Assembly: GCA_034521815.1 (NCBI GenBank)
Contig: JAXHLW010000013.1
Span: 256,001-320,000, forward strand
Direction of reading: 5' to 3'
Length of the DNA: 64,000 nucleotides
Source of the DNA: Trueperaceae bacterium
Lineage (GTDB): Bacteria > Deinococcota > Deinococci > Deinococcales > Trueperaceae
The notes beneath the pieces were generated by a model. The model was not told the origin of the DNA, made no database searches, and worked only from the letters and a program-made list of their open reading frames with translations. Shown one piece after another: positions 32,064 through 41,839 of the stretch (position 1 is its first letter; each line of letters starts with the position of its first letter). The translations under genes were made by a program, and so were the position numbers.

Positions 32064-33218
32064 TCACGCCGTCGTCGCTGCGCCCGGCGCGGGCGCCCCG
32101 CGCGAGAAGCGATCGACCGCGAACCGCGGCGTCCACCAGGGGCTGCTCCCCTCCAGCGCCAGGTCGGCCATCATGGCGCCCAGCGCGGGGCCGAACTTGA
32201 ACCCGTGGCCGCTGAAGCCGCCGGCGACCCACGCCGAGGGCACGCTGGGGTGCGCCCCGATCACGAAATCGCTGTCGGGACTCTTCGTGTACAGGCACAG
32301 CGACGCAGAAAGCATCGGTCCTACACCGGGAAGCAGACGCCGAACGCGCTGCACGGTCCGCTCCGCGCGGGTCGCGTCGGAAGCGTCCGCACGCTCGGCC
32401 AGGCGGATCCGTGGCGCGCCCGAGTGGTCGCTGACCTTCACCGCCGCAGGGTGCTCCAGACGCCCCATACCGTAGGTGTCCGTGTCGCGATCGATGAACA
32501 CGGGCATCGTCTCCGCCCCATGGTCCGGCCCAGCGGGAGCGCCCAGGTAGAGCACCTGCTGCTGTTCGATCCAGAGCGGCACGTCCACGGCCAGCGGGCC
32601 CTCGGCCAGCCAAGGCCCGGCCGCGACGATCGCCCCGTCGGCGGCGATCCGCTCGCCGCTCGCCGTCGCCGCGACGATCCCGCCGGCGTCGGGCTCGAGA
32701 CCGGCCAGCGGCGTCTCGAACCGCAGCTCGGCCCCAAGGTCGGCTGCGCGGCGAAGCGCGGCGAGCAGCGCCCGGTCCGCTGCCACCACGCCCGCGTCGG
32801 GCTGATGAATCGCCTCGACGTCCGACGCCGGAGCGAACGCCGGAAAGCGCTGCCGGACCTCGGCGGCGTCCATGCGTCGGTGCGGGCGGCCGTGGGCGCG
32901 CAGCGCCTCCTCGATCCGAGGCAGCTCGCTGCCGCCGCGCGTCTCGAGGTCCAGCCCGCCCGAGCGCCACACCAGCCGCTCGCCGCTGTCGCGCTCCAGC
33001 GCCCGCCAGCCCTCGTCCGCACGGACGGCCAGTCGGACGTAGTCGGTCTCGGGGTAGGCGTGCCGGAAGATGCGCGAGCCCCCGTGCGACGAGCCGCGGT
33101 CGTGGCCGCATGAGCGTGCCTCGAGCAGGGTGACGCGGACGCCGCGCTCCGCCAGCGCCAGAGCGGTGAACGAGCCGGCCAGACCGGCGCCGACGATGAT
33201 CAGATGCGATGTCGACAT
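32064..33218 (-). CDS. solA: N-methyltryptophan/sarcosine oxidase family FAD oxidoreductase
   Basis: IVGAGLAG, GSSHGGSRIFR, CLYT..PD, GFSGHGFKF; start MSTSHL at 33218. Confidence 0.85.
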   Translation of the reverse strand: MSTSHLIIVGAGLAGSFTALALAERGVRVTLLEARSCGHDRGSSHGGSRIFRHAYPETDYVRLAVRADEGWRALERDSGERLVWRSGGLDLETRGGSELPRIEEALRAHGRPHRRMDAAEVRQRFPAFAPASDVEAIHQPDAGVVAADRALLAALRRAADLGAELRFETPLAGLEPDAGGIVAATASGERIAADGAIVAAGPWLAEGPLAVDVPLWIEQQQVLYLGAPAGPDHGAETMPVFIDRDTDTYGMGRLEHPAAVKVSDHSGAPRIRLAERADASDATRAERTVQRVRRLLPGVGPMLSASLCLYTKSPDSDFVIGAHPSVPSAWVAGGFSGHGFKFGPALGAMMADLALEGSSPWWTPRFAVDRFSRGAPAPGAATTA

Positions 33219-33299
33219 GGGGCAGCATAGTCCGCCCGGCACGACGCCTGGCGCGAACCTCGCCGGAGGGTCGCGAGAACCGGTGGTATCCTCCGCGGC

Positions 33300-34607
33300 A
33301 TGCCCGACGTGCCCGATCCCCTCCCCCTGGTGCCCACCGGTCCGGTGGACCTGGAGATTCGCGTGCCCGGCTCGAAGTCGCTCACGAACCGTGCGCTGGC
33401 CGTCGCGGCGCTCGCGGACGGCGTGAGCGAGCTGAGCGGCGCGCTGATCGCGGAGGATCGCGCGGTGATGGCGGACGGCCTGCGTCAGCTGGGCATCGAC
33501 GTCGAGGGGGAGGGCGAGGAGGTCTCGGTGCACGGTGCCGGCGGCCGGATTCCGGCCGAGGAGGCCGAGCTGGACCTGCGCCTCTCGGGCACGGCGATCC
33601 GCTTTCTCGCGGCGATCTGCGCGCTGGGCCACGGCAGCTACCGGCTGGACGGAAACGCGCGCATGCGCGAGAGGCCGATCCGGGATCAGCTCGATGCGCT
33701 GCGTGCGCTGGGCGCAGACGCCGTCGACGAGACGGGGAGCGGCTGTCCACCGATCCGGATCGAGGCGAGCGGCCTTCGGGGCGGCACCGTCCGTGTGGCC
33801 GGCGATCGCTCGTCGCAGTACCTGTCGGCCTTGCTGATGGCGGCGCCGGCCGCGGACGGGCCCGTCCGGCTGGAGGTGCAGGGCGAGCTCCTCTCCAAGC
33901 CGTTCGTCGACATGACGATCGGGGTGATGGAGGCGTTCGGCGTTTCGGTCGTTCGTGACGGCTACGCGGCGTTCGACGTCGCGCCGTCCCGCTACCATGC
34001 CCGTGCATACGAGATCGAGGCCGATGCGATGGCGGCCGGCTACTTCTGGGCCGCCGCGGCCGTCACCGGTGGCCGCGTACGGACCCCGGGCGTAGGCGCT
34101 GCGAGCGTGCAGGGCGACCGAAGACTGGCCGACGTCCTGGACGAGATGGGATGCCGCACCACGTGGGAACGAGACGGCGCCCAAGTCGTCGGCCCTCCGG
34201 TCGGCCGCCTGCGGGGCGGAACGTTCGACCTGAACGACATGCCCGACCAGGCCCAGACGCTCGCGGTGTGTGCGCTGTTCGCCGACGAGCCCGTGCGGAT
34301 CGAGAACGTCTGGAACCTGCGCATCAAGGAGACCGACCGGCTGGCCGCGTTGGCGCGCGAGCTGTCACGCCTCGGCGCGACCGTCGTCGAGGAGGAGGAC
34401 GCGCTGACGGTCCACCCGCTCGAGCCGGGCGATCTCACGGGGCCGGTCACGATCGAGACCTACGGTGATCACCGCATGGCGATGGCGTTCGCCGTGGCGG
34501 GCTTGCGCCTCCCGGGCCTGTCGCTTCGCGATCCGGGCTGCGTCGCGAAGACGTACCCGGGCTTCTTCGAAGACTGGTCGCGACTCGCGCCGACGGCGCT
34601 ATCATGA
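33300..34607 (+). CDS. aroA: EPSP synthase
   Basis: PGSKSLTNR, SGTAIRF, RMRERP, SSQYLS, KETDRL, DHRMAM, KTYP. Confidence 0.96.
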   Translation: MPDVPDPLPLVPTGPVDLEIRVPGSKSLTNRALAVAALADGVSELSGALIAEDRAVMADGLRQLGIDVEGEGEEVSVHGAGGRIPAEEAELDLRLSGTAIRFLAAICALGHGSYRLDGNARMRERPIRDQLDALRALGADAVDETGSGCPPIRIEASGLRGGTVRVAGDRSSQYLSALLMAAPAADGPVRLEVQGELLSKPFVDMTIGVMEAFGVSVVRDGYAAFDVAPSRYHARAYEIEADAMAAGYFWAAAAVTGGRVRTPGVGAASVQGDRRLADVLDEMGCRTTWERDGAQVVGPPVGRLRGGTFDLNDMPDQAQTLAVCALFADEPVRIENVWNLRIKETDRLAALARELSRLGATVVEEEDALTVHPLEPGDLTGPVTIETYGDHRMAMAFAVAGLRLPGLSLRDPGCVAKTYPGFFEDWSRLAPTALS

Positions 34608-35260
34608 GCGACGTGCGCGACGTGATTACGATCGACGGCCCGGCGGCCAGCGGCAAGTCCACCGTGGCGTACCGGGTCGCCGCTCGTCTGGGCGTCCCGT
34701 TCGTCTCCTCGGGGCTGCTCTACCGAGCGGCGACGCGGCTGGCGCTGGACGCCGGCGCCGATCCGGCAGGCGAGGAGGGTCTCTTGTCGCTGCTGACCGA
34801 CCACGACGTGCGCCTGGTTCCCAGCGCCGACGGCAACCGCGTCCTCGTCGACGGCCGCGACGTGACGGCGGACCTGCACACCGACAGGGTGGACGAGGCC
34901 GTCTCGACCGTCGCCGCGCGGCCCCGGGTCCGGGCCTGGGTGAACGCCCGGCTCCGCGAGATCGACGGATCGTTCGTGATCGACGGTCGGGACATGGGCA
35001 AGGACGTGTTCGACGACGCCGTGGCGAAGGTGTACCTGACGGCCCGGCCCGAGGTGCGCGCCGCTCGCCGGGTCGGGGAGCGTGCCGCGGCGCTGGACGA
35101 AGTCACCGACGCTATCCGACGTCGTGACGCGCTGGATGCGCGCCAGTCGGCGCCGGCCGAGGAGGCGACCCTGATCGACACCAGCGACTTGGATCTCGAC
35201 CAGGTCGTGACGCGGGTACTGACCGTCGTCGCCTCGCGGCGCGGCGCCGTGCGATCGTGA
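34604..35260 (+). CDS. cmk: Cytidylate kinase
   Basis: ITIDGPAASGKST, SGLLYRA, DGRDMG, RRD..D. Confidence 0.95.
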   Translation: MSDVRDVITIDGPAASGKSTVAYRVAARLGVPFVSSGLLYRAATRLALDAGADPAGEEGLLSLLTDHDVRLVPSADGNRVLVDGRDVTADLHTDRVDEAVSTVAARPRVRAWVNARLREIDGSFVIDGRDMGKDVFDDAVAKVYLTARPEVRAARRVGERAAALDEVTDAIRRRDALDARQSAPAEEATLIDTSDLDLDQVVTRVLTVVASRRGAVRS

Positions 35261-36186
35261 GCAGCGTCGTCCGCTCGGCCTCGACGCTTCGGCGCGTGGT
35301 CGTGACCGCGAGCCGGCACAAGCCCGACGCGGTGCCGCTGGCCAGACGGTACGCCGACCGGCTCCGTGAGCTGGGTGCCGACGTGGACCTGGAGGTGGAC
35401 GGGAGCGCTTCGCTGGCCGAGCGGGCCAGGCACGCCGACCTCGTCGTGTCGGTCGGCGGCGACGGGACGCTGCTCGACGTCGCGCGTCGCTTGGTCGGCG
35501 CCGACGTGCCGGTCCTGGGGGTGAACCTGGGCAAGCTGGGGTTCCTGGCCGGCTTCTCGCCCGAGGAGTTCGAGGCCTACCTGGATGGCGCGTCGCCCCA
35601 CGCCTGGCGCGTCGACGAGGAGATGATGCTCCAGGCCCGCGTGAACGGAGGCCAGCCGCACGTCGCGCTCAACGACGTCGCCGTCTCGCAGGGCGTGATG
35701 ACCCGTCTGTTGGAGATCGACATGTGGGTCGCCGGCGAGCACGCCATCGCCTACCGTGCGGACGGTCTGGTCGTGAGCACGCCGGTGGGCTCGACCGCGT
35801 ACTCGCTGTCGCTGGGCGGACCGATCCTGGGCCGGGGATTGCGGGCGTTCGTGATCACCCCGATCGCGCCGCATTCGCTCACCAACCGTCCGATCGTGGT
35901 CGGTGCCGACGTGTCCATCGAGTTCGTGGTGCACGGACGGATCGACGAGCTGGCCCTGCTCGCCGACGGACAGGAGCGCATCGATCTGGGCGAGGGCGAC
36001 CGCGTCGAGATCGATGCGGCATCCGGCACGGTGCTTCTCGTCAGCAGCGGACGACTGGGGCCGTACGGCGTGATGCGCGAGAAGCTGGGCTGGGGGCTCG
36101 GTCCGGCGATGAGCCGAAACGCGGGTGCTCCGGCCGGCGCCAAGAAGGTGTCGGAGACGGAGACCAGCGCCGACGAAACCGTGTGA
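35257..36186 (+). CDS. nadK: NAD kinase
   Basis: GGDGT, G.NLGKLGFL, ALND, DGLVVSTPVGSTAYSLS.GGP. Confidence 0.95.
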   Translation: MSSVVRSASTLRRVVVTASRHKPDAVPLARRYADRLRELGADVDLEVDGSASLAERARHADLVVSVGGDGTLLDVARRLVGADVPVLGVNLGKLGFLAGFSPEEFEAYLDGASPHAWRVDEEMMLQARVNGGQPHVALNDVAVSQGVMTRLLEIDMWVAGEHAIAYRADGLVVSTPVGSTAYSLSLGGPILGRGLRAFVITPIAPHSLTNRPIVVGADVSIEFVVHGRIDELALLADGQERIDLGEGDRVEIDAASGTVLLVSSGRLGPYGVMREKLGWGLGPAMSRNAGAPAGAKKVSETETSADETV

Positions 36187-36229
36187 TGGCTCCTATCGGG
36201 CGACGGACCGCCCCGGGCATGATCACCGA

Positions 36230-36848
36230 GTGAACGTGCTTCGCCCCGAATTCTTCCGACGTATCGACGAGCGCCCCGACGCCCTGTTCTACCGGCGGCC
36301 CCGTACCGCGTCGCATCTCGATGACGAGGCGATGCGGTTCGTGCGCGACGCGAACGACGAGCTCCTTCCTGGGGGCGGGCGGATTCTGGACCTGATGGCC
36401 GGGTCGTGCTCGCACCTCGGAGATCGTTATGCCGAGGTCGTCGGTCTGGGGTTGAACGCCGACGAGCTCCACGCCAACCCGACGGATCGGCTCGCCGGTC
36501 CTGTTCGACCTCAACCGGAACGCCGAGCTTCCGTTCGAGGCGGCGAGCTTCGACGGCGCCGTCTGCACCGTGAGCGTGCAGTACATGACGCGCCCGCTGG
36601 ACACGTTCGCGTCGCTGGCCCGTGCGCTGCGTCCCGGCGCACCGTTCGTCGTGGCGATCTCGACCCGCATGTTCGAGCAGAAGGCGGTGCTGGCGTGGCG
36701 AGCGTCGGACGACGAAGCGCACCTCCGGCTGGTCCGGACCTACTTCGAGGCGTCCGGCGGCTTCGGAGCGATCCACCAGCGTCATCACCGTCCGAGCGCC
36801 GGCGTCCCGGTGACCCTGCTGTGGGCGGCGGCCCGCGACGTGAACTGA
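36230..36848 (+). CDS. Class I SAM methyltransferase (type 11), split by a 1-nt frameshift near 36482
   Basis: Frame 1: FRRIDERPDALFY..PR...HLD, ILDLM, GLN..EL.ANP; frame 2: DLN..LPF...FD...C.VSVQY..P...LRPG. Confidence 0.8.
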
Positions 36849-36930
36849 CCGTTCGTCCGTAGCCGAGTCCGAGTCCGTCGCCGCGCCGCGCGGGAGGGGC
36901 CACGGGCCAGCGACGACTATACTGCCGGTC

Positions 36931-38160
36931 GTGACGCGCCGCCCCAGGCTTCTTCTGCTCTCGAACGGACACGGCGAGGACATCGTCGCGGCCCGGCTGG
37001 CCCGCGAGCTGCACGAGATCCGTCCCGACGTCGACCTGAGGGCGTTTCCGACGGTCGGCCCCGGACGCGCCTATCGGGGCGGTCCCGCGAGGCGGGTCGG
37101 TCCGCTGCGGTCGCTGCCGAGCGAAGGGCTCACGTTCGAGCGGCACGACGTGCTCGGCGCCGATCTCCGAGCCGGTCTCGTTGCCATGACGCTGGCGCAA
37201 GCTCGCGACCTCCGTGCGATCCGGACCGAGGTGGTGGTCGCCGTCGGCGACGTGTGGATCGAAGCTCTGGGGACGCTGCCACGTGCGCGGCGGCGTTACG
37301 CCGTGCAGACGCTGCTGTCCGTCCGCATGGCCGGGGAGAGGCGTCGCTGGGGGATCGGCGCGTTCCGGGAGCGGTTCACGCTGGTCGAGCGGCTGCTGCT
37401 GCGTGCGTCGTATCGCCGCGTGTACCTTCGGGACGACGCCAGCGCGGATGCGCTCCGGGGCCGGGGCGTGCGACAGGCGCGAAGCGTCGGGAACCCGATG
37501 ATGGACGGCCTCGACGTCGCGCCGCTGCCGCTGCGGCGGGGAGACCACCCCTGCGTGGTGCTGCTGCCCGGCAGCCGTCGCTACGCGAACGACGCGCTGA
37601 CCGTCATGCTGGACGCGCTGACGCGGCTGCGGTCGGTGGTCGCCGTTCTGCCATGGGCCGGCGACGCCACGCCGACGGCGCCGGCCGGCTGGAGCACGTC
37701 CGACGGTCCCCTCGGCGGCCCCGTCTGGCACCGGGACGGCGCCGTGGTCCACGTCGCGGGTCGGTTCGAGGAAGCGCTCGCCTGGGCCGAGCTCGCGATC
37801 GGGACGAGCGGCACCGCGCACGAGCAGGCCGCGGGGCGAGGGGTCCCCGTGATCGCGTTTCCGTGCGGTCCGAGCTACCGGCCTTCGTTCCTCGCCCGGC
37901 AGCGGCGCCTGCTGGGGGACGCCGTCGAGATCGTCGCCGCCGACGGTGGCGTCGTCGCCGACGCCGTTCGTTCGCTGGCGGCGCAGCCGGACGAGCTGCG
38001 AAGACGCGCACAGGTCGGTCGCGACCGCATGGGCCCCGCGGGCGGAGCCAGGCGGATCGCGGCCGAGGTGCTGGCCGACGCGGCCGGCGCCCTGGACCGT
38101 GCAGCCGACGCTCGAGACGGCCCGACGAAGGTAGCCTCGGCCATTGGAGACGTCACGTGA
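36931..38160 (+). CDS. Lipid-A-disaccharide-synthase-related GT-B protein (TIGR03492-like)
   Basis: LSNGHGED, P.VG.G.AY, VGD, VGNPMMDGL, LLPGSR, GTAHEQAAG.G.P, RMGPAGG. Confidence 0.85.
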   Translation: MTRRPRLLLLSNGHGEDIVAARLARELHEIRPDVDLRAFPTVGPGRAYRGGPARRVGPLRSLPSEGLTFERHDVLGADLRAGLVAMTLAQARDLRAIRTEVVVAVGDVWIEALGTLPRARRRYAVQTLLSVRMAGERRRWGIGAFRERFTLVERLLLRASYRRVYLRDDASADALRGRGVRQARSVGNPMMDGLDVAPLPLRRGDHPCVVLLPGSRRYANDALTVMLDALTRLRSVVAVLPWAGDATPTAPAGWSTSDGPLGGPVWHRDGAVVHVAGRFEEALAWAELAIGTSGTAHEQAAGRGVPVIAFPCGPSYRPSFLARQRRLLGDAVEIVAADGGVVADAVRSLAAQPDELRRRAQVGRDRMGPAGGARRIAAEVLADAAGALDRAADARDGPTKVASAIGDVT

Positions 38161-39410
38161 CCCGACCACCGAACCCCGACCGTTCCGAGCTCGACCGTTC
38201 CGAGCCCGACCGTTCCCCGCACGAAGCGTCGCCCGTCCAGGGCGCTCGCTCCGCCGACCCGGCCACCGCAGCCCGTGCGAGCCGCGGTGCGAGCCGCGGT
38301 GCGAGCGAGGTGGTGGTGGAGCTCGACACGGTGACGAAGAGCTACCAAGACCCGGCCCACCCGGCCGTGGACCGTCTGTCGCTACGCGTCGCGCGCGGCG
38401 AGACGGTCGCGCTGCTCGGACCGTCGGGATGCGGCAAGACGACGCTGCTACGTCTCATCGCGGGCTTCGAGGCCCCCGATTCCGGCTCGGTCGTCGTGGC
38501 GGGCCGAACCGTGTCCAGTCCGACCGTGTTCGTGCCGCCCGAGGACCGCCGGATCGGGTTCGTGTTCCAGGACTACGCGCTGTTCCCCCATCTCGACGTG
38601 CTCGGAAACGTCGCGTTCGGGCTGCGTCAGCGCTCGGCCGCGGCCAGGCGACAGCGCGCCCGCGAGGTGCTGGACCTGGTGGGGCTCACCGTGTTCGCTC
38701 GGCGCTACCCGGGCCAGCTGTCGGGGGGGCAGCAGCAGCGGGTCGCCCTGGCGCGGGCGCTGGCGCCCGGTCCCGATCTGATCCTGCTCGACGAGCCGTT
38801 CAGCAACCTCGACGCCGCCCTGCGCGCGGGAACGCGCGACGAGGTCCGCCGCATCCTGGAGCGCAGCGGAGCGACGACCCTGCTCGTGACGCACGATCAG
38901 GAGGAGGCGATGACGTTCTCCGATCGGCTGGCGGTGATGCGAGCGGGCCGGCTGGAGCAGGAGGGAGCGCCGGAGGAGACGTACCTGACGCCGCGTACGG
39001 CGTTCGTCGCCGGCTTTTTGGGCAGGACGAACCTGGTCCGTGGCGATGCGAACGGAGACACGGTCAGGACCAGTCTCGGCGAGGTGCCCCTGACACGCGC
39101 CTCGTTCGGTCAGGTGCTCGTCTCGTTGCGGCCCGAGGACCTGGTGCTCGTGCCCGGTCGCGAGCACGACGACGACGAGGCCGCGCTCCAGGGGCCGCCG
39201 GGCAGCGCCGGCGGCCTTCCGGTCGTCGTGACCGAGCGCAGCTTCCACGGGCACGATCTCGTGTTCCGCTGCCGCGCGGTGGCGCCGGGCGTGGGGGCCG
39301 ACGAAGGGTGGATCGTGCGGACCGGACCGGCGGCGACCTTGCAGCCCGGCCAGCGCGCCTGTCTGCACGCGCGCGGCGCGGCGGTCCCGCTCGAGAGCAG
39401 CCGCCGCTGA
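38157..39410 (+). CDS. ABC transporter ATP-binding protein, FbpC/PotA type
   Basis: [47 protein letters not shown]; repetitive N-terminal extension, start uncertain. Confidence 0.88.
   Translation: MTRPPNPDRSELDRSEPDRSPHEASPVQGARSADPATAARASRGASRGASEVVVELDTVTKSYQDPAHPAVDRLSLRVARGETVALLGPSGCGKTTLLRLIAGFEAPDSGSVVVAGRTVSSPTVFVPPEDRRIGFVFQDYALFPHLDVLGNVAFGLRQRSAAARRQRAREVLDLVGLTVFARRYPGQLSGGQQQRVALARALAPGPDLILLDEPFSNLDAALRAGTRDEVRRILERSGATTLLVTHDQEEAMTFSDRLAVMRAGRLEQEGAPEETYLTPRTAFVAGFLGRTNLVRGDANGDTVRTSLGEVPLTRASFGQVLVSLRPEDLVLVPGREHDDDEAALQGPPGSAGGLPVVVTERSFHGHDLVFRCRAVAPGVGADEGWIVRTGPAATLQPGQRACLHARGAAVPLESSRR
38176..38306 (+). repeat. 15-bp (cgaccgttccgagc) x3 and 12-bp (gcgagccgcggt) x2.5 tandem repeats in the ATPase N-terminal extension
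   Basis: Encodes [14 protein letters not shown] and [10 protein letters not shown]. Confidence 0.7.
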
Positions 39411-39416
39411 GCGGCG

Positions 39417-40553
39417 TCAGGGACGCTGTGGGGCGAGCGGTTCCTGGAGCAGCTCGGAGAGTCGGGACAGGCAGCGGTGGTGCTTCTTGGCGTACGCGCC
39501 TTCGCGGTACGACCGGTCGAAGATCGCTCCTGGCGGGACGGTGCCGCTGGCGCGCAGGCGCACGCCCATGTCGTAGAGCTTGTCGATGAAGTGCACGAAC
39601 CGTAGCGCGTCGTTCTGGTCGGCGATCGGCTCGATCCCGTCGATCACCAGCACGTCGGCGTCACGGAGCAGCCCGCCGTAGCGGATCGGGTGCAGCTGCG
39701 CCAAGGCCCGGGTCAGCTCCGCACCGGTCGTGGCGACCACGGTTCCCGTCGCCTCGCGCACGGTCGACGCCAGCTCCGCCGCGGACGTCCACTGCCCGCG
39801 CCGCGCTCCGGCACGATGATCGGGGCCGTCGATCGGAACCACGGTGAACCGGTCGGCGATTCCCTGGATCTCGCGACGGAAGTCGCTCGCCGCGAACCGG
39901 CCGGCGCCTTGCGAGGCCGGCTCGGTGTTCGACGTCGTCAGCACCGAGGTGCCCCGCGCGAACGCCTCGCGCAGGAACGTCGCGATCATCAGCGTGTTGC
40001 CGGGATCGTCGAGCTCGAACTCGTCCAGGCACACCAGCGCGACGTCGGCGAACGCGTCGCGCGCACCGTCCCGCCCCAACGCGCCCAGCAGATAGACGAG
40101 CTCCTGGAACGACAGGTAGCTCTTCGCTCGGACCGGGAGCCGTGCCGCGTGCCAGGCCGCGGCGAGAAGGTGCGTCTTGCCGACCCCGAACCCGCCGTCG
40201 AGGTACAGGCCGGTTCCTTCCCGCCGTCGGCGCCAAGGCAGGATGCGCCGCCTTGGCGCCGCCGTTTCGGCAGCGGCCCGGGCGAAGTCGGCCACCGCGT
40301 CGCGAGCCTCCGCCTGCGAGGGGTGGGCGGGCCGGTACGCCGCGAACGACGTGGTTCCGAACCGGGGCGGTGGAACGAAGCCGTCCAGACTCGTGGCCGC
40401 CGGCGTGTCGCTGGCCGCCGGCAGCCCTCGGACGACGTCGCGACCTGGCCCACGTCGCATGGGTCCGGGATCCGTTTCGCGATCGCCCTCTTGATTGGCC
40501 TCGTGATCGGGGCGAAACGCGCGAGGGCCCGTCGAGGGGGGAATCGTCGGCAC
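39417..40553 (-). CDS. zapE: Cell division ATPase ZapE (AFG1 family)
   Basis: PPPRF, GLYLDGGFGVGKTHLL, DEFELDDPG, TTSN, D.ALRFV.FIDKLYD, RCLSRL. Confidence 0.9.
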   Translation of the reverse strand: MPTIPPSTGPRAFRPDHEANQEGDRETDPGPMRRGPGRDVVRGLPAASDTPAATSLDGFVPPPRFGTTSFAAYRPAHPSQAEARDAVADFARAAAETAAPRRRILPWRRRREGTGLYLDGGFGVGKTHLLAAAWHAARLPVRAKSYLSFQELVYLLGALGRDGARDAFADVALVCLDEFELDDPGNTLMIATFLREAFARGTSVLTTSNTEPASQGAGRFAASDFRREIQGIADRFTVVPIDGPDHRAGARRGQWTSAAELASTVREATGTVVATTGAELTRALAQLHPIRYGGLLRDADVLVIDGIEPIADQNDALRFVHFIDKLYDMGVRLRASGTVPPGAIFDRSYREGAYAKKHHRCLSRLSELLQEPLAPQRP

Positions 40554-40634
40554 GGGCGGACGCTACCACGCCTCTCGGCGGGCCCATCGGGCCGGCCCGC
40601 TCGTCGGGCCCGCTCCTCGCGGGACTCCCGCGCG

Positions 40635-40663
40635 TTGACGCCGTGTCGCGGTTCGCGTAGCAT
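40635..40663 (+). promoter_or_regulatory. Sigma70-type promoter of the riboswitch-btu operon
   Basis: TTGACG-17 nt-TAGCAT. Confidence 0.65.
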
Positions 40664-40669
40664 CGGGCG

Positions 40670-40800
40670 AGTCCGCGACTCGGGGAAGTCCGGTGCGAAT
40701 CCGGCGCTGTCCCGCAACGGTGTCCGCCCACGAGGCGGAAGCCCGATCACCGAGTCCAGGACCGAACGGCACCCCCTTGCGAGGACGAGGATGGGGCGCC
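40670..40800 (+). ncRNA. Cobalamin riboswitch (compact form)
   Basis: GGGAA-GTCCGGTGCGAATCCGGCGCTGTCCCGCAACGGT..AAGCCCGATCACC core, closing GACTCGG/CCGAGTC, kissing partner TTGCGAGG for loop CCCGCAA; lies upstream of btuFCD. Confidence 0.9.
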
Positions 40801-40918
40801 CCGGTCGCTACGACACGCGCGCTTCGACAGGGTTACGGCACGCACGCGTCGCTTCGCCTCCCCGGCATCCCACGGCACATCGGCCGCTCGTTCTTCGCAG
40901 GAGCCCGAGGAGGCTCAT

Positions 40919-41839
40919 GTGAAGCATGCCCGTGACCACCGGAACCCCGCCGCCATTCTCGTTTCCCGCGCCGTCGCGCCGGTCGCCATCGTCTTGGCGA
41001 TCCTCGCCTTCGGCGTCGCCTTCGCGCAGGGGCGCGTCGTCGACGATCTGGGACGCGAGATCGTCCTGGACGCCTCGCCGCTGCGGATCGTGACGATGGT
41101 CCCCACCCACACCGAGACCGTCTGCGCGCTGGGCGCGTGCGACCGTCTGGTCGGCGTGGACTCGTTCAGCAACGTCCCCGCCGAGGTGAGCCGTCTCCCC
41201 GACCTGGGCAGCGCCTTCGACGCCGACCTCGAGGCGTTGATCGCCTTGGAGCCCGACCTGGTGCTGACCGACGAGTACAGCGGTCTCGCCGAGGCGCTCG
41301 TGCCGCTCGGGATCCCCGTGTACGCCGGCACGCCGCAGACGGTGGCCGAGGTGTGGAGCACGACCGAGGCGCTGGCCACCCTGCTGGGCCTCGAGAGCGA
41401 AGCGGCTCTCCTGATCGGTAGGGCGCAGGGCCGGGTGGAGGCGCTGAGCGCATCGGTCGCCGGGCTGCCGGCGCCACGGGTCTTCGTCGAGCTCGACGCG
41501 ACGCCGTACAGCGTCGGGCCGGGGTCGTACCTGGGCGAGCTGCTGACCCTCGCCAGGGCCGACAACATCGTGCCCGGCCGCCTGGGCGACTTCCCGCAGG
41601 TGGATCCCGAGCTCGTCGTCGCCGAGGATCCGCAGGTGATGATCCTGCTCGACGCGCCGTTCGGCGAGAGCGCCGAGACCGTGGCCGCCAGGCCGGGCTG
41701 GGGCTCGCTGTCCGCGGTGCGGGACGGCGCGGTGATCGAGCTGGACCAGGCCAGCGTGGACCTTCTCACGCGTGCCGGACCCAGGCTCCCAGACGCGCTC
41801 GAGCTTCTGATCGAGCTTCTGCGGGAGGTCAGACCCTAG
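40919..41839 (+). CDS. btuF: Cobalamin ABC transporter substrate-binding protein
   Basis: DDLGREI, RIVT..P..TE...ALG, E.LIALEPDLVL, AVR.G.V, RAGPRL; riboswitch context. Confidence 0.88.
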   Translation: MKHARDHRNPAAILVSRAVAPVAIVLAILAFGVAFAQGRVVDDLGREIVLDASPLRIVTMVPTHTETVCALGACDRLVGVDSFSNVPAEVSRLPDLGSAFDADLEALIALEPDLVLTDEYSGLAEALVPLGIPVYAGTPQTVAEVWSTTEALATLLGLESEAALLIGRAQGRVEALSASVAGLPAPRVFVELDATPYSVGPGSYLGELLTLARADNIVPGRLGDFPQVDPELVVAEDPQVMILLDAPFGESAETVAARPGWGSLSAVRDGAVIELDQASVDLLTRAGPRLPDALELLIELLREVRP

